A DNA stretch of 64,000 nucleotides from an uncultured Bacteroidales bacterium (GCA_903916595.1 CAIWXI010000156.1:13461-77460); one strand, 5' to 3'; shown: positions 45,503-54,882, counted from the first letter of the stretch. The notes: generated by a model from the letters alone, not told the origin. A program made the numbers and translations.

Positions 45503-47623
45503 ATGGATAATAATCAGGAAGCTTTTCTTCTCGAGCTGATGGCCGATTTTAAAATTGAGGCAGCAGAACATCAGCAAGCTATCATCAATGGAATACTTAT
45601 GCTCGAAAAGAAGCCTTCCTCACCCGAATACGAAGATCTTATCGAAACCACGTTTCGGGAGATGCATAGCCTGAAGGGCGCGGCAAGGGCAATTAACCAT
45701 ACTGGCATTGAACGGCTTTGCCAAAGCATGGAAGACATCTTTCATCAGCTTAAAGAAGGAAAGCTTTTTCTTGTGCCTTCGTCTTTCGATGTTCTTTACA
45801 GGGCAACCGATGCACTCTCACTGATGCTTTCAGAGATTGACGCCACGAATAAAAGTATCGGAACCAATACCTTATCCCAACTGATCGCCGGGCTTGATCG
45901 TATCAGGCAGGCTCCCGTCATTCAGGAGAAAATGAGTTTTCCCGTTCTTCCCCCCGTGGAATCAGCCACTTTCGTGAAACCGGTCAATGAAGTAACTGCT
46001 GCAAAAGACACCGTGCGTATCTCGACGTCAAAACTTGCTGCTTTACTCAGGCAGGCTGAAGAGTTTATCACTGTGAAAGCAAGGATGGGGTATTATATTA
46101 AGGAGATCAGGAAACACGGGAATACTGAACTTCTCTTGCTGGGCAAGGAAATGGAACAGTTTCACAGAAGCATGTCTCGTATGGTTGATGACCTGCTGCT
46201 CGACATTAAAACCACCTTGCTCCATCCCTTCTCGGCACTGCTGTCGATCGTGCCAAAGATCGTCAGGGATCTCAGCCACGAATATAATAAAGAGATACAG
46301 CTCAGCATCAGGGGAGGGGAAACTGAAATTGACCGCCGGATACTCGAAGAGATGAAAGATCCCCTGATTCACCTGGTCAGAAACTGTATTGATCATGGGA
46401 TTGAAACGGGGGAGGTGAGAATGCAGCACGGGAAACCGGCCGTGGGGGCTCTTGAGATCACAGTGAGGCAGGAATCGGGGCAGAATGTTGAACTGCGTAT
46501 TTGCGATGATGGGGCTGGCATTGACCGGTCCCGGGTCATTGAATCGGCTGTGAAACAGGGGATTGTAGCCCCTGAAACAGCTGGTAAGATGACCGACAGC
46601 GAGGTGTTCGCTTTGATATTCCGTTCAGGCATCTCGACAAGCCCTTTCATTACTGATATTTCAGGGCGAGGACTGGGGTTGGCTATCGTTTTCGAGAAGA
46701 TTTCCAAACTGGGCGGAAGTATTGTGATCGAATCAAGACAAGACGTGGGAACTACGTTTATCATTACCTTACCGGTAACCCTTGCTGCTTTTCGGGGCAT
46801 TCTGGTAAGGGTTAGCGAACAGTTTTTTATCATTCCCACTAACTCGGTCGAAAAAGCAATAAGAATCCGTTCCAAAGACATCAGTACACTTGAGTCAAAA
46901 AAGATGATCAGGGAGAGAGGAGAAAATATAGCCCTGGTTTGGCTTGGAGATATACTGGGTATTGCCGGCAAGACGATCATGAAAAACGAGGAACATGCCT
47001 TTCCTGTATTGATTCTGTCGTTGGTAAACGTGCGAATCGCATTCGTGATAGACGAAGTGCTGGGTGAATATGAGGTGCTGGTCAAAAGCATGGGACCGAA
47101 GATCCTTCATGTAAAGAACATTTCAGGAGTAACTGTCCTTGGCAGCGGGAAAGTAGTCCCTATCCTTCATATCCCTGAAGTGATGGAATCGGCGATTCAT
47201 AACGTGGCAGGCATCAGCGAAATGGGAACTTCCGATGAAACGGAATCGGCAGAAACGCCCCGTCAGATGATACTTGTCGTTGAAGACTCCATCACCTCCC
47301 GGGCCTTACTCAGGAATATCATCGAATCATCGGGCTATAAGGTAAAAACTGCAGTAAATGGGATGGAGGCGTTCGGTTTTATGCAGAATGAGCGCTTTGA
47401 TCTGGTTGTTTCTGATGTGGAAATGCCTGCAATGAACGGGTTTGAACTCACAGCTAAAATCAGAAATGATCCGGCCCTCTCAGATATTCCCGTAGTTCTC
47501 GTCACAGCGCTCGAATCGGCCAGGGACCTCCAGAATGGAATGGAAGCAGGCGCCAACGCATATATCACAAAAGGCAGCTTTGAACAAAGCAAGCTGCTTG
47601 AAACTATTCAACGTCTGATCTGA
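45503..47623 (+). CDS. cheA: CheA-type histidine kinase fused to a C-terminal receiver (Hpt, dimerisation, HATPase_c, CheW-like P5, REC).
   Basis: P1 motif MHSLKGAARA, N-box HLVRNCIDHGIE, G1 DDGAGID, G2 SGRGLGLAIV, a P5 CheW-like segment, and REC from VVEDS to VVSDVEMPAMNG to YITKG. Confidence 0.92.
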   Translation: MDNNQEAFLLELMADFKIEAAEHQQAIINGILMLEKKPSSPEYEDLIETTFREMHSLKGAARAINHTGIERLCQSMEDIFHQLKEGKLFLVPSSFDVLYRATDALSLMLSEIDATNKSIGTNTLSQLIAGLDRIRQAPVIQEKMSFPVLPPVESATFVKPVNEVTAAKDTVRISTSKLAALLRQAEEFITVKARMGYYIKEIRKHGNTELLLLGKEMEQFHRSMSRMVDDLLLDIKTTLLHPFSALLSIVPKIVRDLSHEYNKEIQLSIRGGETEIDRRILEEMKDPLIHLVRNCIDHGIETGEVRMQHGKPAVGALEITVRQESGQNVELRICDDGAGIDRSRVIESAVKQGIVAPETAGKMTDSEVFALIFRSGISTSPFITDISGRGLGLAIVFEKISKLGGSIVIESRQDVGTTFIITLPVTLAAFRGILVRVSEQFFIIPTNSVEKAIRIRSKDISTLESKKMIRERGENIALVWLGDILGIAGKTIMKNEEHAFPVLILSLVNVRIAFVIDEVLGEYEVLVKSMGPKILHVKNISGVTVLGSGKVVPILHIPEVMESAIHNVAGISEMGTSDETESAETPRQMILVVEDSITSRALLRNIIESSGYKVKTAVNGMEAFGFMQNERFDLVVSDVEMPAMNGFELTAKIRNDPALSDIPVVLVTALESARDLQNGMEAGANAYITKGSFEQSKLLETIQRLI

Positions 47624-47633
47624 ATGATGCATA

Positions 47634-48695
47634 ATGGCTAAAAAAATACGGGTTCTGATCGTTGAAGATGTGGTGACGGTGCAGGGTTTACTCAAAGGAA
47701 TCCTCGCTCAGGATCCGGCATTCGAGGTAATCGGGACTGTTGCTGATGGTGAGAAGGCAGTTAGATTCGTCGCCAGCTTACATCCCGATGTGGTGAGCAT
47801 GGACATCTTTATGCCGGTGATGGACGGAGTAGAGGCGACTATGCTGATCATGCAGCAGAATCCTGTTCCCATTGTCATCGTGAGCAGCCTGTATAATCCT
47901 GATGAAGTCAGCATGTCGTTCAAAATCCTTGAAGCTGGAGCACTCACCATTCTTCCAAAACCCTTTGGCCCGGGCCATCCCCTATATACTCAGACAGCGA
48001 AAAATTACAGGAACACACTCAAACTGATGTCGGAAATCAAAGTTGAAAAGCGTCGTGTACTTTATAATTCCATAGGCCCGCACCTTGAAGCAGAATCGTC
48101 GGTTCTCCGCTCAGGGAGTCATCCGTTTGAAGAATTTAAAATAATCGCCATTGGTGCATCGGCAGGAGGTCCTGTTGTTATCCGGGAGATTCTCAGGGAC
48201 CTGCCGAAGAATTTTCCTCTTCCTATCCTGCTCGTTCAGCATATCGATGCCAATTTTACGAATGGGTTTTGCGATTGGCTGAATTCTACATCCAACCTTC
48301 AGGTGATTATAGCTCAGAACAGACAGAAAATGTTGCCAGGTCATGTCTACATGGCACCGGGAGATCATCATTTAGGCCTGGAAAGTGAGGGAATTATTTC
48401 TATCACTAAAGCCCCTCCCGAGAAAGGTCTGAGGCCTGCCGTGAGCTATCTTTTCAACCAGGTCGCAAGAATTTATAAAAAGAATGTAATCGCAATTCTT
48501 TTATCAGGAATGGGAAGTGATGGAGCCCCGGAATTGAAAATATTGAGAGAAAATGGGGCTTTTACTATTGCCCAGGATGAAGCGACTTCCCTTGTACACG
48601 GTATGCCGGGGGAAGCTATCCGGATTGGCGGGGCCTGCAAGATCCTTTCCCCTGCGAGAATTGTTGAGGAACTCAGGAACATTGTAATACCTTAA
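47634..48695 (+). CDS. cheB: Protein-glutamate methylesterase/glutamine deamidase CheB (REC plus esterase).
   Basis: REC from VLIVEDV to VSMDIFMPVMDG. Catalytic Ser in IGASAGGP, His in LVQHI, and Asp in GMGSDGA. Confidence 0.92.
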   Translation: MAKKIRVLIVEDVVTVQGLLKGILAQDPAFEVIGTVADGEKAVRFVASLHPDVVSMDIFMPVMDGVEATMLIMQQNPVPIVIVSSLYNPDEVSMSFKILEAGALTILPKPFGPGHPLYTQTAKNYRNTLKLMSEIKVEKRRVLYNSIGPHLEAESSVLRSGSHPFEEFKIIAIGASAGGPVVIREILRDLPKNFPLPILLVQHIDANFTNGFCDWLNSTSNLQVIIAQNRQKMLPGHVYMAPGDHHLGLESEGIISITKAPPEKGLRPAVSYLFNQVARIYKKNVIAILLSGMGSDGAPELKILRENGAFTIAQDEATSLVHGMPGEAIRIGGACKILSPARIVEELRNIVIP

Positions 48696-48705
48696 AAAAT
48701 ATCAT

Positions 48706-49971
48706 ATGGTTACTTCGTCTCAGATCAATTTAGGCTCAGGCTATATCATGGCTGTTGAAGATTCAATGGTTCAGGCAAAACGATTGCAGTATTTTTTTAA
48801 TGAGAATAATATCACCAATGTCTTCTATACTAATGCGATTGATGCCTATGCTGCCGCTCTTGAAAGATCACCTGTTCTCATCCTCAGCGACATCGTGATG
48901 CCCGGGATGGATGGCTATGAGTTTTGCTCAAAACTCAAGGCTCATCCAATATTAAAGGATATACCAGTCATCCTGCTTACTTCACTTCGTGATCCGCTTG
49001 ATATCATCAAAGGATTACAGGCCGGGGCTGATAATTTTATAACCAAGCCCTATAATGATCAATACCTGCTGTCGCAGATCCATTATCTGCTGACAAACAA
49101 CGAAATAGGAAAATCAGGTTCTGCCGAGAATGTGATCGTAATCATGTTCAGGGGAAAGAAATATACTATCAATTCAGCGAAAAAACAGATACTCGATCTG
49201 CTGTTATCGGTGTATGAAGCAGCTGTTCAACGTAATGACGAACTTATCTCAACCCAGGCCAAGCTCGAAGCCTCGAACGAAAACCTGATCGAGGCTAATC
49301 ATGAACTGGAGGCTTTCTCCTTTACCGTATCTCATGATCTGCGTAACCCTTTGAATGTTGTTAGTGGCTATAGCCAGATTCTTGAGAAAGATTATTCCTT
49401 TTGCCTGGATCCTGAGGCCGTACAATTTCTGCAACGGATCCAGAAAGCTACGATATCCATGGCAAAACTTATTGAGGATCTGCTGAATTTTTCCCGTTCA
49501 GGCCGAACCGAGCTTCAATCGAAGCGGATTGATTTGAGTGAGATGGCCAGAAATGTGGTTTCAGACATTGAAAGCCAATACCCGGAGCATAAAGCCAAAT
49601 TCTTTATCCAGGAAGGGCTTGCTGCTGAGGCTGATGCCAACCTGATGCATGTGGTTATCGATAACCTGTTTAGCAACGCTTATAAATATTCCGGCAAAGT
49701 TGAGAATCCTGAAATCAAATTCGGCAAATTTGTGGCCAATCCCGGAAATTGTTTTTTTATAAAAGATAACGGTGCGGGATTTGACATGTCAAAGGCCGAT
49801 AAATTATTTGACCCTTTCCATCGTCAGCATACCAATTCCGAGTTTCAGGGAACTGGTGTGGGTCTTGCCACTGTAAGGAGAATCATTGAACGCCATGGGG
49901 GTCGTGTCTGGGCAGAGTCAGAGCCCGAAAAAGGAGCTACTTTTTATTTTTCATTGCCCATCGTAAAATAA
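48706..49971 (+). CDS. Receiver-histidine kinase fusion (REC, coiled coil, HisKA, HATPase_c); last gene of the chemosensory operon.
   Basis: REC from YIMAVEDS to ILSDIVMPGMDG to FITKP. H-box FSFTVSHDLRNPL. N-box LFSNAYKYS. G-boxes DNGAGFD and GTGVGLATV. Confidence 0.88.
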   Translation: MVTSSQINLGSGYIMAVEDSMVQAKRLQYFFNENNITNVFYTNAIDAYAAALERSPVLILSDIVMPGMDGYEFCSKLKAHPILKDIPVILLTSLRDPLDIIKGLQAGADNFITKPYNDQYLLSQIHYLLTNNEIGKSGSAENVIVIMFRGKKYTINSAKKQILDLLLSVYEAAVQRNDELISTQAKLEASNENLIEANHELEAFSFTVSHDLRNPLNVVSGYSQILEKDYSFCLDPEAVQFLQRIQKATISMAKLIEDLLNFSRSGRTELQSKRIDLSEMARNVVSDIESQYPEHKAKFFIQEGLAAEADANLMHVVIDNLFSNAYKYSGKVENPEIKFGKFVANPGNCFFIKDNGAGFDMSKADKLFDPFHRQHTNSEFQGTGVGLATVRRIIERHGGRVWAESEPEKGATFYFSLPIVK

Positions 49972-52898
49972 AAGGTACTTCCTTTTCCTTCTTCGCTCTC
50001 GACCCATAATCTTCCGCCGTGCTTTTCAATAAAATCCTTGCAAATGATCAGTCCCAGGCCGGTGCTGGATTCGTTTTCAGTGCCTTTGCGGCTTGTGTTA
50101 ACGTCTAATTTGAAAAGATTATCAACCATTTCCTGTTTCATTCCGATCCCCGTATCTTTAATAGAGATTTCAACATACTTGCCGGAAATTTGTTTTGCAG
50201 CAATGGTAATTGTTCCCGATCTTGGAGTAAACTTCACTGCGTTGGAGGCCAGGTTTCGGATAGTGGATGAAAGCATGTATTCATCGGCAAAAATTTCCAG
50301 ATCGCCGGGAATTTCATACCTGATTTCTATTCCTTTTTTATTTGCCATATCCATTGCCGGGGGGATAATTGCAGAAATCATAGGCATCAATAAGAACGAC
50401 TCAGGATTAAAGTTTGTAATGCCCCTTTGCAAGCGTGCCCACTCCAGCAGGTTTTCGAGTAAGCCAAACAGATTGGTGGCGGTGTCTCTCATATTCCTTG
50501 CTATCTTTTGAATCTCATCCTGGTTCAAGTCTGGCACTTCTTCGGCCATCAACTTCGTCAACCCTAAAAATCCATTGAAAGGGCCGATAAGGTCGTGGGC
50601 AATGATTGAAAAGAATTTATCTTTTTCGGCATTGAGTTCCAATAATTTCTTGTGGTTACGCTTTATTTCATTCTCAGCCCGCATGCGTTCGGTGATGTCG
50701 TGAACGAGGGAATACAGCAGCGTCAAATGACCGAATTTTATAGGGTTGGAATATACTTCAACATTGCGTACATTGCCGTTGGCAAGCCGATGCTTAAATA
50801 TGAAATAGTTGCGTTTTTCTTCTTTGGCAAGTTGCATTTCTGCTGAAACTTCACTTAAGGAGGATGTGTTGATTTCTGAAATGTGTTTTTTGCATATTTC
50901 GGCAAGCGACCATCCGTAATACTTGCAGGCTGCAGGATTTGCATCGTTGATTGCCCCTGTATCAGGATCAATAAGGAGCATAATGGAATGGTTATTCTGA
51001 AAAATCGATTTATAACGATCATCGCTTTCATGAAGCAATTTTTCAGCCTGCTTGCGAGCCGAGATGTCGCGCCATGCAATAAACAAGGCGTGTTTCCCTT
51101 GCAGCATCATGGCCGCAATGGAAACCTCGACAATAAATTCAGACCCGTCAAACCGACGATGTAACCACTCAAAGCTGTTAGTGCCTGTATTCAAGGCATC
51201 GTTGATCTTTTGCAGCGCCGATTCTGTTGATTTTCTTCCATCGGGCTGAAATTCGGGTGACAGTGCATCGGGGGTCTGTCCGGTAATTCGCAGCCGGTCA
51301 CCATGTAACATCACTTCGGCGGCATGGTTACAATCAACAATTACACCATCAATGATGATCAGGTAGGCATCGGGTGAATCCATAAACAGGATGCGGTGTT
51401 TTTCTTCGCTCTCGCGCAGCGCCTCTTCCGCCCTCTTCCGGTCGCCGATGTCGCGTACAACGAAAATCATTTGCAATGGCTGCCCTTCTGCATTCCGAAT
51501 GAATTCGCCATTCACTTCTATGTCGAAGATGGTTCCGTTTGCTCGTAATCCTTGGTATTCGCCAGGCCCCTGCATGATACCCTGGAACATGAGCATAATG
51601 TTCGATTGAGCTCGCTCCAGATCGACCGTTGCAATGAAATCAGACAGGGTAAGTCCAATGAATTCTTCCTGCACTTCGCCCCCGAACATTTTTACTCCTG
51701 CAGGCGAAACCATGAGAATCCGACCCCCGAGGTCGGTGATAGTGATGTTGTCGGGAGATGCTGCAAGGATAGCGCGGTACTGTAAATCACTATCATGTAA
51801 ATCTTTTTCGGTTTTAAGTCGGTTTCTGATCTCATTTTTAAGGTTTACAGACGAAGTATAAAAGAAGTATGCTGCAGATCCGATAATCACAATAATCAAT
51901 AAAAACACTGAAATCCATTTCCATGGGATCTTCATTCCCTGCTTCATGTAATCGGAATAAAGTAGTCCTTCGGTTGTAAACGAAGGATCAAGCATCTTCA
52001 ATTTTTTGTAAGTCTCCGCTATGGATTCCCATCTGCCGGGATTGGTGTAACCTGGCTCGACAACATCGGCCATTATAAAGTGTTTCATCCGCTCTGCTTC
52101 AAACTGCAAATGTGCCACACTATGTCTTTGACTGTACCTGGAATAAATCAATTCAATAATCTCTTGCGGATGGTCCATCGCGTATTGCCATCCTTTGAGC
52201 GAAGCTTTCCGGAAGTTGTCTGCTAATACAGGATCCCTTTTGATCAATGCTTCGGTAGTAAACAACACGTCACCGTAGAAATCAATGCCACCCATCGATG
52301 GGGAGATGATGGTGTAATCAAAGTTTGATTCTTTTAAAGTGAAAGGTTCATCGGTCGAATAAGCCGAGATCGCGTCGATCTTGCCGTTTATGAGCTTATC
52401 TGCATTGAATTTATGTTGATCAATGATGCATCTGTTCAGTGAAACCCCTTCATCGTTCATGAAAGCAATGATGTCGGCCGCATTCGGCTCCATGGCGATC
52501 CTTTTTCCGATCAGGTCCTGTACATGTTCAATGCCTGATTGCTTTGATGCCAGCAAAATCTGGGGCGAATGCTGAAAGATCGTTGCTAAAACAACCCCGT
52601 TCTTCTGCCGCGAACGCATGAGCAGAATATCCGAAGTGCAAACCCCGAATTCTGCCTTCCCTTCGTACACGGCCTCACTTGGATTCCGGCCTTCAACGGC
52701 TTCAAGCAGATTAACATGGATCCCGGCATCCTTGTAGTAACCTTTCTCAATGGCCGCGTAATAACCGGCAAACTGAAACTGATGTCGCCATTTTAGTTGT
52801 AAGGTCACATTCCTCAATTTTTCTGATCTCAATGGGGGAATCATCAAAGAAATTGCGAAAAGAACAGCCAGATATTTTAACGAAGAATTCATGTACAT
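49944..52898 (-). CDS. Sensor histidine kinase: periplasmic NMT1/SsuA-like substrate-binding domain, TM, about 4 PAS, HisKA, HATPase_c.
   Basis: ATG at 52898 or 52892 is preferred over the TTG at 52931. SBP-like motif QLKWRHQFQFAGYYAA.EKGYY...G. TM is WISVFLLIIVIIGSAAYFFY. H-box FFSIIAHDLIGPF. G-boxes DTGIGM and GLGLIIC. Confidence 0.85.
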   Translation of the reverse strand: MYMNSSLKYLAVLFAISLMIPPLRSEKLRNVTLQLKWRHQFQFAGYYAAIEKGYYKDAGIHVNLLEAVEGRNPSEAVYEGKAEFGVCTSDILLMRSRQKNGVVLATIFQHSPQILLASKQSGIEHVQDLIGKRIAMEPNAADIIAFMNDEGVSLNRCIIDQHKFNADKLINGKIDAISAYSTDEPFTLKESNFDYTIISPSMGGIDFYGDVLFTTEALIKRDPVLADNFRKASLKGWQYAMDHPQEIIELIYSRYSQRHSVAHLQFEAERMKHFIMADVVEPGYTNPGRWESIAETYKKLKMLDPSFTTEGLLYSDYMKQGMKIPWKWISVFLLIIVIIGSAAYFFYTSSVNLKNEIRNRLKTEKDLHDSDLQYRAILAASPDNITITDLGGRILMVSPAGVKMFGGEVQEEFIGLTLSDFIATVDLERAQSNIMLMFQGIMQGPGEYQGLRANGTIFDIEVNGEFIRNAEGQPLQMIFVVRDIGDRKRAEEALRESEEKHRILFMDSPDAYLIIIDGVIVDCNHAAEVMLHGDRLRITGQTPDALSPEFQPDGRKSTESALQKINDALNTGTNSFEWLHRRFDGSEFIVEVSIAAMMLQGKHALFIAWRDISARKQAEKLLHESDDRYKSIFQNNHSIMLLIDPDTGAINDANPAACKYYGWSLAEICKKHISEINTSSLSEVSAEMQLAKEEKRNYFIFKHRLANGNVRNVEVYSNPIKFGHLTLLYSLVHDITERMRAENEIKRNHKKLLELNAEKDKFFSIIAHDLIGPFNGFLGLTKLMAEEVPDLNQDEIQKIARNMRDTATNLFGLLENLLEWARLQRGITNFNPESFLLMPMISAIIPPAMDMANKKGIEIRYEIPGDLEIFADEYMLSSTIRNLASNAVKFTPRSGTITIAAKQISGKYVEISIKDTGIGMKQEMVDNLFKLDVNTSRKGTENESSTGLGLIICKDFIEKHGGRLWVESEEGKGSTFYFTMGNEK

Positions 52899-53011
52899 AA
52901 TGTTGATTTCTTGTTTTATTAAAAAGGTCAATACCTGCTATGCTACAGATGTTAAATATAGTAATAAATTTGTAATTATTTGTGATCAGCGCCAATAATG
53001 TAAAAAAAATG

Positions 53012-53019
53012 TACATTTG
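53012..53019 (+). promoter_or_regulatory. -7 promoter box TACATTTG for the DUF3365 kinase gene.
   Basis: Exact TAnnTTTG match 15 nt upstream of the ATG at 53035. Confidence 0.5.
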
Positions 53020-53034
53020 CCCAAGGCTGATTTT

Positions 53035-54882
53035 ATGAAAACTCGTCATTTTATTTATATCGTTCTTGCCTGGATATCCATTATGATAGTTTCCTTTTCA
53101 TGGAATTATTATATTGTCAGAACCAGCATTGTTAAATTGGTTGAGAACAAAGCTCAGGCATTTTTCAGTCAGATTATAGTCACCCGATCCTGGAATTCCA
53201 TGCATGGCGGAATCTATGAACTGATAACACCCAATACCCAGCCCAATCCGTACTTACTTGATTCCCTTAGGGATCTGGAAACTATAAACGGCTTAAAGCT
53301 TACAAAAATCAACCCGGCTTTTATGACCCGGCAAATTTCGGAAATCAATAAAGACGAAAATGACCTTCAGTTTCATATTACAAGCTTAAACCCGATCAGG
53401 CCTGGAAATAAAGCCGACCTCTGGGAAAGCAAAGCCCTGTTAACTTTTGAACACAATCACAAGCATTCAATTCTGGAATTGGTTGAAACGGATTCTTCCT
53501 CAATGTACCGGTATATAGCGCCTTTGATTACTGAAAAGAGTTGCCTGAAATGTCATGCCATTCAAGGTTATAAAGTTGGAGATATACGGGGTGGCATCAG
53601 CATTTCATTTCCTTCAGCAGTTTATACGAAATCTCAGCAAAGTCAGATAGGCTATTTGCTGTTGGCCCATTTGCTGATACTGTTCCTTGGTCTGGCGGGT
53701 ATTTATAAATATTATATAACCACCAGTACCTACTATTCCGTCATTAAAACAAAAAATGAGAAATTAGAAGCTGATGATGTATTGCTTCGTCAGACAAATA
53801 AAGAACTCAAAGAGAGCCTTGCTCAAAACCGGGCAACAGTTGCTGCTATGCCGGATGTACTGTTTTCTTTTGACAGCAATGGAACCCTCCTGAATTGCCA
53901 GGTCAGTAATACCAATCCCTTGTCTACAGAAGGTGAAACTATGATTGGCAAATCTTTGTTCGATATCCTGCCTCAGCCCATCGCTAAACAGGGAATTAAT
54001 GCAATAATAAAGGCTCTGGAGACCAAAACCTTACAAATTTTTGAATATAGTCTCGATTTGCCAACGGAGCAAAAATGGTTTGAATTACGCATTGTAAGTT
54101 CTGCACCCGGGGAAGTACTGGCTATATCACGCGATATTACCGGCCGCAAGCAGGCCGAAAAGCAACTGAACCTTAAAAATCAGGAATTGATAAAACTCAA
54201 TGCCGAAAAAGATAAATTTTTCTCTATCATCGCCCATGACCTCCGCAGCCCGTTTATTGCTTTCTGGGGACTATCGCAAATAATGGCTGAAGACCTGGAT
54301 GGCCTGACAATGGAAGAGATACAAAAATATGCAGTAAGCATGAGAGACTCAGCAACCAATCTCTTTGGCTTACTCGAAAATCTTTTGGAATGGTCACAAT
54401 TGCAGAGAGGCTTAATCACCTTCAATCCAAAGTCTTTCTTAATGATTCAAAAGATTGAGGAAATCATGCAACTTGTTTTTGAAACGGCAAATAAAAAAGG
54501 AATCAAAATCAGCTATGAGATTGCCGGGGATTTAACGGTAAAAGCAGATGAATACATGTTCAAAAGCATTATACGCAATTTAGTTTTCAATGCTGTAAAG
54601 TTTACAAACAGGGGAGGAAGAATTACCATCGCAGCAAAGTCCTTATCCGGCGATTCAGTCGAAATATCAATCAGTGACACTGGCATTGGAATGAGCCGGG
54701 TGATGGTTGATAATTTATTCCGGCTCGATGTTCAGACCAGGAGAAAAGGTACCGAAAGTGAGCCCAGTAGCGGATTGGGGCTTATGTTATGCAAAGATTT
54801 TATAGAGCAGCACGGAGGGAAGATCTGGGCCGACAGCATAGAAGGGAAGGGGAGTACGTTATTATTTACTTTACCGTTATAG
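53035..54882 (+). CDS. Sensor histidine kinase: DUF3365 (CxxCH heme-c-type) extracytoplasmic domain, TM, PAS, HisKA, HATPase_c.
   Basis: TM1 is FIYIVLAWISIMIVSFSW. The DUF3365 hallmark motif is EKSCLKCHAIQGYKVGDIRGGISI. TM2 is LLLAHLLILFLGLAGIY. H-box FFSIIAHDLRSPF. G-boxes DTGIGM and GLGLMLC. Confidence 0.85.
   Translation: MKTRHFIYIVLAWISIMIVSFSWNYYIVRTSIVKLVENKAQAFFSQIIVTRSWNSMHGGIYELITPNTQPNPYLLDSLRDLETINGLKLTKINPAFMTRQISEINKDENDLQFHITSLNPIRPGNKADLWESKALLTFEHNHKHSILELVETDSSSMYRYIAPLITEKSCLKCHAIQGYKVGDIRGGISISFPSAVYTKSQQSQIGYLLLAHLLILFLGLAGIYKYYITTSTYYSVIKTKNEKLEADDVLLRQTNKELKESLAQNRATVAAMPDVLFSFDSNGTLLNCQVSNTNPLSTEGETMIGKSLFDILPQPIAKQGINAIIKALETKTLQIFEYSLDLPTEQKWFELRIVSSAPGEVLAISRDITGRKQAEKQLNLKNQELIKLNAEKDKFFSIIAHDLRSPFIAFWGLSQIMAEDLDGLTMEEIQKYAVSMRDSATNLFGLLENLLEWSQLQRGLITFNPKSFLMIQKIEEIMQLVFETANKKGIKISYEIAGDLTVKADEYMFKSIIRNLVFNAVKFTNRGGRITIAAKSLSGDSVEISISDTGIGMSRVMVDNLFRLDVQTRRKGTESEPSSGLGLMLCKDFIEQHGGKIWADSIEGKGSTLLFTLPL

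Noticed and set aside
46393-47091. 232-aa ORF antisense to cheA, together with similar long antisense ORFs at 11978-12568, 9611-10102, 29625-30092, 50038-50511 and 62735-63376.
   Set aside because: Each lies fully inside a gene that carries strong conserved motifs on the opposite strand. Their sequences are low-complexity and lack recognisable domains, as is typical of shadow ORFs.
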